Shown here piece after piece: positions 10,371-17,896 of a stretch of DNA of 64,000 nucleotides; position 1 is the stretch's first letter, and every line of letters begins with the position of its first letter. The notes under the pieces are model-generated. The model was not told the DNA's origin. It saw only the letters and a program-made list of their open reading frames with translations, and searched no databases. Source of the DNA: an uncultured SAR86 cluster bacterium (GTDB lineage: Bacteria; Pseudomonadota; Gammaproteobacteria; Magnimaribacterales; D2472); assembly GCA_902547295.1 (NCBI GenBank), contig CACCNJ010000001.1, positions 105,137 through 169,136 on the forward strand, given 5' to 3'. The position numbers and the translations under genes were made by a program.

Positions 10371-11420
10371 ATGAATTATTCAACTGACAACACAAGAATT
10401 ATTGATAGAAAGAAAGTTCCTGCTCCCTATGAGTTAGTAAATAAGTACCCTATTAATGATGAAATTTCAAAACTTGTATACGGTACAAGAAATGAAATTA
10501 GCCAAATTCTTCATGATAAAGATGATCGAATATTTGTAGTGGTTGGGCCATGTTCAATACATGATCCACAAAGTGCAATTGAATACGCAAAAAAGTTATC
10601 TAATGAAAATAAAAATTTTAGCGAAAATCTCTTACTAATAATGAGAGTTTATTTTGAAAAGCCAAGAACTACAGTTGGATGGAAAGGATTGATAAATGAT
10701 CCCGATATTAATGAAACCTATAACATTGCCAAAGGTGTTGAGATGGCTAGAAAATTGCTTATTGAAATTGCTGAATTGGGATTGCCTGCAGGAACAGAAT
10801 TTTTAGATCCAATTTCACCTCAATATGTAACTGATATTATTTCGTGGGGAGCAATTGGTGCAAGAACAGCAGAAAGCCAAATTCATCGAGAGCTCGCATC
10901 TGGTCTTTCATGTCCTATTGGCATAAAGAACGGTACAGATGGTGGTTTAAAAGCTGCAATTGATGGAATACAAGCAGCAAATCATTCCCATGTTTTTCTT
11001 GGTGCAACAAAAGAAGCTGATATTGCTATGCTTAAAACAGCTGGCAATAATGATACCCACATTATTTTAAGAGGTGGTAAAGTGCCAAATTTTGACAAAG
11101 AATCAGTAGAAAGCACTTTAACTGCTCTTAAAGAAGCTGAAGTTAATGAATCCATAATGATTGATGCCAGTCATGGAAATAGTCAAAAGAAATTTAAACA
11201 ACAAATCCCTGTTATTGATTCGATATGCGAACAGATTTCAGATGGTAACAAAAATATAAAAGGTGTAATGATTGAAAGCCACTTAAATGAGGGTAACCAA
11301 AAAATTACTGAAAAACTTAACTATGGTCAAAGTATTACAGATGCATGTATGGGTTGGGAAGATACTGTAATGTGCCTTAGCAAATTAAATGATGCAATAA
11401 ATCTAAAAAGAGGTAAGTAA
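10371..11420 (+). CDS. 3-deoxy-7-phosphoheptulonate (DAHP) synthase, class I-alpha
   Basis: 349 aa with DDRIFVVVGPCSIHDPQSAIEYA, KPRTTVGWKGLINDP and IMIDASHGNS. The isozyme (Phe/Tyr/Trp-sensitive) cannot be told from sequence alone. Confidence 0.93.
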   Translation: MNYSTDNTRIIDRKKVPAPYELVNKYPINDEISKLVYGTRNEISQILHDKDDRIFVVVGPCSIHDPQSAIEYAKKLSNENKNFSENLLLIMRVYFEKPRTTVGWKGLINDPDINETYNIAKGVEMARKLLIEIAELGLPAGTEFLDPISPQYVTDIISWGAIGARTAESQIHRELASGLSCPIGIKNGTDGGLKAAIDGIQAANHSHVFLGATKEADIAMLKTAGNNDTHIILRGGKVPNFDKESVESTLTALKEAEVNESIMIDASHGNSQKKFKQQIPVIDSICEQISDGNKNIKGVMIESHLNEGNQKITEKLNYGQSITDACMGWEDTVMCLSKLNDAINLKRGK

Positions 11421-11425
11421 TCTAA

Positions 11426-12211
11426 TTGAGCAGTGAGAAAAATTTATCTTTTTCAAGTGAGGTAGCAGAAACACTTGGCGTTGAGTGTGCAATCATCCTG
11501 AATCAATATAATGAAAACTTGTTAGAAGATATCACTTCATTAGATAGCCTAATAAAGTCAACAAAAAAAAATATAAGTTTTCTTGATGAAGAAAAAATTA
11601 AAGAATCTATAAACACGCTAATAAAATATCAATTAATTGATATCAATAAAAAGACTTATAGACTTAAAACTCCAAACAAAACTTCAGATTCATGCCAGCT
11701 TGATATTGAGTGGATCCCATCACCTGAAGTAGATGAAGTCTTAAATATGACTGAAATTACTGACGATTTCTATAACCTTAAACTTAAAGAATTTAAAATT
11801 TATTGGATGGAAAGAGGTCAAAAGAAGAATAACTGGAATTCAACATTTATTGATTTTATAAGACGTGAATGGGCAAAAGAAACTAATTCAAAAAAGACTA
11901 TCCCTCATATTATTGATGAAAACTGGTATCCTGATGATGATGTGTTTGATATTCTTAATCTGTCAGAAATAAATAAAGATTCTGCGTTAAGATATCTTAG
12001 AGAATTTATCTTATATTGGAAGGATAAAGGCTCTGCATTTACAACATGGAATTCTAAATTCATTGAGCATGTTAAAAGACGTCATATGATGAGTAATGAA
12101 ATAGGTAGTGATGAAGAAAATAAAAAATATTCTGAGCCAGGAAAATATAAAAAAGACTTCAAAACAAGAAAAAATGACAACACTTGGGCAAAAGAAATCA
12201 ATCTCGACTAA
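11426..12211 (+). CDS. DnaT-like protein: N-terminal wHTH-like region plus two tandem DnaT C-terminal-type repeats
   Basis: 261 aa, TTG start 5 nt after the DAHP synthase stop. Two repeats share the pattern W-[IY]-P..[ED]V....EF..YW...G....WNS.FI: IEWIPSPEVDEV..LKEFKIYWMERGQKKNNWNSTFIDFIRR (aa ~93-150) and ENWYPDDDVFDI..LREFILYWKDKGSAFTTWNSKFIEHVKRR (aa ~165-219). They resemble my recollection of the E. coli DnaT C-terminus ([38 protein letters not shown]). Confidence 0.6.
   Translation: MSSEKNLSFSSEVAETLGVECAIILNQYNENLLEDITSLDSLIKSTKKNISFLDEEKIKESINTLIKYQLIDINKKTYRLKTPNKTSDSCQLDIEWIPSPEVDEVLNMTEITDDFYNLKLKEFKIYWMERGQKKNNWNSTFIDFIRREWAKETNSKKTIPHIIDENWYPDDDVFDILNLSEINKDSALRYLREFILYWKDKGSAFTTWNSKFIEHVKRRHMMSNEIGSDEENKKYSEPGKYKKDFKTRKNDNTWAKEINLD
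11626..11647. repeat. overlapping perfect palindromes ATATCAATTAATTGATAT (18 bp) and ATTGATATCAAT (12 bp) inside the DnaT-like ORF
   Basis: Read directly: TATCAAT / ATTGATA / TATCAAT in alternating orientation. The DNA encodes ..KYQLIDIN... Confidence 0.5.
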
Positions 12212-12755
12212 AGAGGATTTTATAAAATCCATTGATGCTATGTTCCTTAAGCTTGAGTTAGCCTATCACTATCAATTTTATAAAGTGTTTGGCACTGACG
12301 AAAAACTTAAAGAAGGTAAAAAACTTTGGGCTATTACATTAAAAAATGAATCTCCAGAAACAATTCTTGCCGCTGTCGAGAAAGTAGTAGCGTCTCAATC
12401 ATATTTACCTACACTGACTGATCTCATCAAAGCATGCAAAGAAATTAACAAAATGGATGGCTTCCCCTCTGCAGAAGAAGCATATATAGAAGCAAGAAAG
12501 TCATTCCAGCCAAGAGCTGAATTTAATTGGTCTCATCCTATTATTTATTTCACTGGAAAGAAGATTGGTTGGAATAATCTAATGGAAAAAGATTCAAAAG
12601 AAAATTTTAATTTATTTAAAAAAATATTTAATAATTTAAAAAATGAAGTTATTAATGGAAAAATTTTTGAAATAAAAGATAATACAGACCTTGAAACTAG
12701 AAAACCTCTTAATAAAGATTTATTCGAAAAATTAAGAAAGGAACATAAAGTTTAA
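12108..12755 (+). CDS. phage lambda replication protein P-like protein (putative helicase loader)
   Basis: 215 aa (start uncertain: ATG 12108/12111 or 12174; overlaps the previous ORF by 38-104 nt). It is colinear with my recollection of lambda P: YLPTLTDLIKACKE ~ FLPSPGQFVAWCRE; GFPSAEEAYIEARK ~ GLPNVSELVDMVYEY; FNWSHPIIYFTGKKIGW ~ YPWKSNAHYWLVTNLY; C-terminal RKPLNKDLFEKLRK ~ GRPLNRAQALAKIAEIK. Confidence 0.55.
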   Translation: MMKKIKNILSQENIKKTSKQEKMTTLGQKKSISTKEDFIKSIDAMFLKLELAYHYQFYKVFGTDEKLKEGKKLWAITLKNESPETILAAVEKVVASQSYLPTLTDLIKACKEINKMDGFPSAEEAYIEARKSFQPRAEFNWSHPIIYFTGKKIGWNNLMEKDSKENFNLFKKIFNNLKNEVINGKIFEIKDNTDLETRKPLNKDLFEKLRKEHKV

Positions 12756-12794
12756 AACTATTAATTTTTATTTCAGTAGTTTGATTCTAATAAT

Positions 12795-13673
12795 ATGAAC
12801 TTAACTAAAAATATAAGAATATCATTGTACATACTTGTCCCAATTCTTTTGTGGATGATTTCAGGTTTTTTTAAAAATGATTCAATTCAAGAACCTATTC
12901 AATCATCCGAATTATTTAATGTTCAAACAGTTTTAAGTATTGCCGAGGAATATCAACCTTATATAAAACTTAAAGCTACAACGAAATCTGAAAAAAGAAT
13001 TAATGTAAAAGCAAAAACATCAGGCGAAGTAGTAAAAATAGGTGCTGTTCAAGGACAATATGTTCAAAAAGATACTGTCCTATGTAGCTTAGGAGTAGTA
13101 GAACTTAATAGAACAGAAGTTAAAGCGCCCTTTTCTGGTTATATCGAGCAAATTGTAAAGCCTGGAAATTTTCTTGAAAGAGGTCAGGTGTGTGCAACAA
13201 TTATACAATTAGATCCAATATCACTTGTTGCTGGAGTTCCAGAATATGACATTAACAAAGTAAGAATAAATCAAAATGTTTATGTTGATTTAGTAACTGG
13301 GCAAGCCATTGAAGGAAAACTTACATTTGTTTCTAAAAGTGCCTCTCCAGATACAAGAACCTTTAATGTAGAATCACAAATTAATAATCCTAATGGCATA
13401 ATCAAAGATGGTCTTACAGCAGAAATAAGCATTGAAATTGATAGAGTTAAGGCACATAAAATTTCACCTTCAATTCTTCTTTTAAATGATGAGGGGAAAT
13501 TAGGTATTAGAGTAGTAAATCTAGGCAACATTGCACAGTTTATTGAAATTGAAATCTTAGAGGATTCTGAAGAAGGACTATGGGTTACTGGCATTCCCGA
13601 TGAAGTAGAAATAATAATACAAGGTCAAGGTTTCGTTGAAGACGGTCAAGAAGTTATAACTAATCGTATATGA
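12795..13673 (+). CDS. RND efflux periplasmic adaptor (membrane-fusion protein), short form
   Basis: 292 aa with an N-terminal TM anchor and a lipoyl-type hairpin (VKAPFSGYIEQIV). Its stop overlaps the RND pump start by 4 nt. Confidence 0.8.
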   Translation: MNLTKNIRISLYILVPILLWMISGFFKNDSIQEPIQSSELFNVQTVLSIAEEYQPYIKLKATTKSEKRINVKAKTSGEVVKIGAVQGQYVQKDTVLCSLGVVELNRTEVKAPFSGYIEQIVKPGNFLERGQVCATIIQLDPISLVAGVPEYDINKVRINQNVYVDLVTGQAIEGKLTFVSKSASPDTRTFNVESQINNPNGIIKDGLTAEISIEIDRVKAHKISPSILLLNDEGKLGIRVVNLGNIAQFIEIEILEDSEEGLWVTGIPDEVEIIIQGQGFVEDGQEVITNRI

Positions 13674-16600
13674 TTAAAATAATTGACTTTGCTATAAATA
13701 AAGCAAAAACAACTCTTTTAATTGCTTTTATGGTAATAATTGCAGGATCATATGCAAGACAAGAAATACCAATTGCTGCTTCACCAAATGTACAACTCCC
13801 TTTTATCACCGTATCAGTTTTCCTAGATGGTGCATCTCCAAGCGATACTTCAAGACTGATTGCAAGACCCTTAGAAAACAGATTAAAAACAGTTACTGGT
13901 GTTGAGAGTATTAGATCAACCAGCTACCTGAGCTATGCAAGAGTATTTCTAGAATTTGAAGTAGGTTTTGATATTGATAAAGCTTTGGTTGATGTAAAAC
14001 AAGGAGTTGAAGAGATTAAATATCAGTTGCCACTTGAAGCCGAAGATCCTCAAATTCAAGAGTATAGCGAAGCAAGTTTTCCTGTAATGAATATAAGTAT
14101 TGTTGGTGGCAGTTCTGTACGGCAGAAAGTCTTTTACGCCAGAGAACTAAAAGATCTTATCGAACCAATTGAACAGATTTTAGAAGTTAGAATGACAGGA
14201 GCTCCTGAGGAAGTTCTTGAAGGAGTTATTGATAAAGCAAAAATGGAGTCTTACGGCGTAACATTGTCTGATATCTATTATTCTGTTTCTAATAACAATT
14301 TAATAATTCCTGGTGGTAAGCAAGATACTGGAAGAGGAAGTTTTAATATTGAAGTTCCAAGTATTATTGAATCTGCAAAAGACGTATATGCAATTCCGGT
14401 AAAAGTTACGAAAGATGCAATAGTAACTCTAGGTGATATTGCAATAATTAAAAGAACATTTAAAGATTTCACCTCTTATGCAAGAGTAAATGGAGAGGAT
14501 GCAGTTACATTAGAAATTTCTTTAAGAGAGAGTGCTAATGCAATAGATGCCTCAACTGCCATCAGAGAAATACTTACTAGCTTCGAGAAAACACTTCCAA
14601 ATAATCTTGATATTGTTGTTTCTAATGACGATACGATATATGCAAGTCTCATGGTAAAAGAGCTCAACGGGAATATCATAGCTGCAGTAGTTTTAATTAT
14701 GGTGCTTGTAATAGCAAGTATGGGGACTAGAGTTTCAATGCTGGTTGGTCTTTCGATTCCTTTTTGTTTTTTAATGACATATTTAATTTTGTATGCTTTA
14801 GACATGGAAGTAAATTTTCTTGTAATGATGGGTTTGCTTCTCGGTATGGGAATGTTAATTGATGGTTCCATTGTTATTACAGAATATGCGGATAAGAAAA
14901 TAGCCGAAGGTCTCTCTCGTGTTGAAGGATATACTCTAGCTTCAAAAAGAATGTTTTATCCAATTATTGCATCAACTGGAACAACGCTTGCTGCTTTCAT
15001 ACCAATGATGTTTTGGCCAGGATTCACAGGCCAATTCATGAAATATTTACCCATTACAATTTTCTTTGTTTTATCAGCATCTTTATTTTATTCACTAATT
15101 GTAATACCTGTTCTTGGTGCATACTTTGGACAAAAAGAATCTGCTCTAAATAATGATGATGGCCATACTTCAATTTTTGTAAAGTTGACTGATTGGTATG
15201 GAAAATATATTAAAAGATTTGTAAGAAATCCCATTGAAACTGTAACTGCAGTTGTATCTGTGCTGCTAATAATAATTATGAGTTACTCTATTTCTGGCAT
15301 GGGCACAATTTATTTTGCAATTGTTGATCCAATACAGGCTAATGTAACCATTAAGGCTCGAGGTAATTTTTCTGCACTTGAAACGAAAGAAATTATTGAA
15401 CAAGTTGAAGAAAGATTTATGGAAGTTGAAGGTATAAAGAATGTATATCTAAGATCTGGTTCAAATTGGTGGGAGTCAGGATCGGACAGAGTCGGAGGTG
15501 GTTTTATAGAGACATTGGAACCTTCTCAAACAAAAATTACTGGTTTCGAGATTATGGATCGCTTAAAAGAGTCAACTAATGATTTACCAGGAATAACAGT
15601 TGAAATTGAGGCAGACGAAGGTGGACCATCATTTGACTCCCCTATTGAATTAGATATTTTTGGTGATACAGAAGAACAAGTGAACGAGGCAGTTACTAAA
15701 ATTGAAAATTATATGCGTAATAGCATGATAGGTTTAAATAATATCTTCTCTTCCAAAGCATATCCATCTGTTGAATGGAGTGTTGAAGTTGATAAACAAA
15801 AGGCTGCACAACTGGGTGTTAGCGTAAGCGATGTTGGAGCTTTAGTTCAAATGTTAACATCCGGTTTTAAGGTAGGTGAATATAGGCCAGATGATGCTAA
15901 AGACGAAGTTGAAATAAGAGCACGATTTCCTGATTCTGATAGGACTATTACCGGAATAAGAGACTTAAATGTAGTCACCAGACAAGGTACTGTACCGGTG
16001 AGTTCTTTTGTCCAAGTTGTTCCAAAAGAAAATCGTCAAACAGTTAACAGAAAAAATGGAAAATATTTTCAGGAAATTGGAGCTGGAACTGAGGATGAGT
16101 CCAAGGTTTCTGAAAAGATTAATCAGTTGAGTGATTGGTTAGAGACTACTAATCTTGGACCTAATATTAGTTACAAATTCAGCGGAATGGCTGAAGAAAC
16201 AGAGGATGTTAATAGGTTTATAATTATAGCTGGAGTAACAGCTGTATTTATGATGCTGCTAATGCTCATCACCCAATTTAATAGCTTTTATCAATCTTTT
16301 ATAATCCTATCAGCGGTAACAATCTCATTTGTTGGAGTACTTTTGGGTCTTCTTATAACCGGCAAGTCTTTCAGCACTACTATGACTGGTATATCTATAG
16401 TCACACTAGCAGGTATAGTTGTGAACAATAATATAGTACTAATTGATACCTTTAATAAATTGAGAGATGAGTCACCTCAAGTCGATCAGTCAATTCATAT
16501 CATTAATGCTTGTAAACAAAGATTGAGGCCAATTATATTAACATCACTAACAACAATTTTTGGTTTATTGCCACTAGCAATGGGCATTAGTGTAGACATC

Positions 16601-16792
16601 ATCTCAAGAGATATTGTCATTGGAAGTAGAGTTGTAGATTGGTGGTCAAACCTTGCCGTTTCAATTGTATGGGGTCTTGGTTTTAGTACTTTTATGACGT
16701 TAATATTAACTCCTGCGGTTTTATCTCTTCCTAATGCATTAAAAAATGAATATAAAAAATTCTTTAAAACAGAAGCTAATGGCATACAATAA
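13670..16792 (+). CDS. RND family efflux transporter permease (AcrB/ACR_tran type)
   Basis: 1040 aa with two large periplasmic loops between 12 predicted TM segments. Duplicated TM motifs: GLLLGMGMLIDGSIVITE and VTLAGIVVNNNIVLID. Confidence 0.9.
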   Translation: MIKIIDFAINKAKTTLLIAFMVIIAGSYARQEIPIAASPNVQLPFITVSVFLDGASPSDTSRLIARPLENRLKTVTGVESIRSTSYLSYARVFLEFEVGFDIDKALVDVKQGVEEIKYQLPLEAEDPQIQEYSEASFPVMNISIVGGSSVRQKVFYARELKDLIEPIEQILEVRMTGAPEEVLEGVIDKAKMESYGVTLSDIYYSVSNNNLIIPGGKQDTGRGSFNIEVPSIIESAKDVYAIPVKVTKDAIVTLGDIAIIKRTFKDFTSYARVNGEDAVTLEISLRESANAIDASTAIREILTSFEKTLPNNLDIVVSNDDTIYASLMVKELNGNIIAAVVLIMVLVIASMGTRVSMLVGLSIPFCFLMTYLILYALDMEVNFLVMMGLLLGMGMLIDGSIVITEYADKKIAEGLSRVEGYTLASKRMFYPIIASTGTTLAAFIPMMFWPGFTGQFMKYLPITIFFVLSASLFYSLIVIPVLGAYFGQKESALNNDDGHTSIFVKLTDWYGKYIKRFVRNPIETVTAVVSVLLIIIMSYSISGMGTIYFAIVDPIQANVTIKARGNFSALETKEIIEQVEERFMEVEGIKNVYLRSGSNWWESGSDRVGGGFIETLEPSQTKITGFEIMDRLKESTNDLPGITVEIEADEGGPSFDSPIELDIFGDTEEQVNEAVTKIENYMRNSMIGLNNIFSSKAYPSVEWSVEVDKQKAAQLGVSVSDVGALVQMLTSGFKVGEYRPDDAKDEVEIRARFPDSDRTITGIRDLNVVTRQGTVPVSSFVQVVPKENRQTVNRKNGKYFQEIGAGTEDESKVSEKINQLSDWLETTNLGPNISYKFSGMAEETEDVNRFIIIAGVTAVFMMLLMLITQFNSFYQSFIILSAVTISFVGVLLGLLITGKSFSTTMTGISIVTLAGIVVNNNIVLIDTFNKLRDESPQVDQSIHIINACKQRLRPIILTSLTTIFGLLPLAMGISVDIISRDIVIGSRVVDWWSNLAVSIVWGLGFSTFMTLILTPAVLSLPNALKNEYKKFFKTEANGIQ

Positions 16793-16795
16793 ATA

Positions 16796-17020
16796 ATGGT
16801 TAAAGAAGATAAAAAAATAGATTTTGAATCATCTCTTAAAGAGCTAGAAAACATAGTTGCTAAATTAGAAGATGAAAACATTAATTTAGAAGATTCAGTT
16901 AAGTCATTTGAAAAAGGTGTAAATCTTGTTAAAGAATGTCAAAAACAACTTCAAACAGCAGAACTAAAAATAAAAAAACTTCTTGATGATGGCTCTGCTT
17001 CCGAGATTGATAACGAATAA
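16796..17020 (+). CDS. xseB: exodeoxyribonuclease VII small subunit
   Basis: 74 aa with FESSLKELENIVAKLEDENINLEDSVKSFEKG. It is part of the canonical xseB-ispA-dxs order. Confidence 0.92.
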   Translation: MVKEDKKIDFESSLKELENIVAKLEDENINLEDSVKSFEKGVNLVKECQKQLQTAELKIKKLLDDGSASEIDNE

Positions 17021-17025
17021 ATAAA

Positions 17026-17895
17026 GTGTTAGAAAATTTCCTGTCTCAAACTAGGGAACAAGTTTCTCAAAATATTAAGAAATCAATTGGTAATTCCAAT
17101 TTAATTGAAGAAGCTATGTCTTATTCAGCATTGGGCGATAGCAAGATGGTTAGAGCGGCTTTAATTATTGCATCTGGAATGATAAATAAAAAAATATCTG
17201 ATTCAAGTCTATTAACATTCTCAACAGGAGTAGAACTAATTCATACTTACTCATTGATTCACGACGATCTCCCATCCATGGATGATGATGATTTAAGAAG
17301 AGGAAAAGAGTCAAATCATATAAAGTTTGGTGAAGCTAATGCAATTCTAGCTGGAGATGCACTTCAATCTCTTGCCTATGAAATTATTTGTGATGAAAGC
17401 TCGCTTGAGGATAAACATAAAATTGAAGCTATTAGAATGATAAGTAAGGCATGCGGAAAAAATGGAATGGTTTATGGCCAACATTTAGATATAAATGCAG
17501 AAACAAAAAAAATAAATGAACAATCAATTGAAAATATTCACATTTTAAAAACTGGCAGACTTATAGAGTGTTCTGTGATGTTGGGACAAATTGGTAACGA
17601 GGATCTTGAAGAAAAAGATCTAATGAGAAGTTTTGGCAATAAAATTGGTTTAGCATTTCAAATAACTGATGATATTCTTGAAGTGACCTCAAGTAAGAAA
17701 ACCCTTGGAAAAAATATTAATTCAGATGTAAAAAATTGCAAGGCTACATACGTTAATATTCTTGGCCTTGATGAATCTATTAAAAAGTCTAAAGATCTTT
17801 GTGAGTCTGCAATTAATGAATTAAAAAGCATTAAATCCGGTGAAATTGATTTACTGATAGAATTAGCAAAATATATTTGCTACAGAGAAAAATAA
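17026..17895 (+). CDS. ispA: (2E,6E)-farnesyl diphosphate synthase
   Basis: 289 aa, GTG start. First Asp-rich motif LIHDDLPSMDDDDLRRG; second FQITDDILE. Confidence 0.93.
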   Translation: MLENFLSQTREQVSQNIKKSIGNSNLIEEAMSYSALGDSKMVRAALIIASGMINKKISDSSLLTFSTGVELIHTYSLIHDDLPSMDDDDLRRGKESNHIKFGEANAILAGDALQSLAYEIICDESSLEDKHKIEAIRMISKACGKNGMVYGQHLDINAETKKINEQSIENIHILKTGRLIECSVMLGQIGNEDLEEKDLMRSFGNKIGLAFQITDDILEVTSSKKTLGKNINSDVKNCKATYVNILGLDESIKKSKDLCESAINELKSIKSGEIDLLIELAKYICYREK

Positions 17896-17896
17896 A

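Noticed and set aside
12011-12232. 73-aa minus-strand ORF across the DnaT-like / P-like junction
   Set aside because: It is antisense to both plus-strand ORFs, hydrophobic and low-complexity, and has no start context.
11426-12755. Interpreting the DnaT-like/lambda-P-like pair as part of an integrated prophage or genomic island
   Set aside because: There is no integrase, repressor, structural or lysis gene, no flanking tRNA or att-like repeats, and no obvious compositional break. The genes are packed 5 nt and 39 nt from housekeeping neighbours. I kept it as a possible domesticated module rather than a mobile element.
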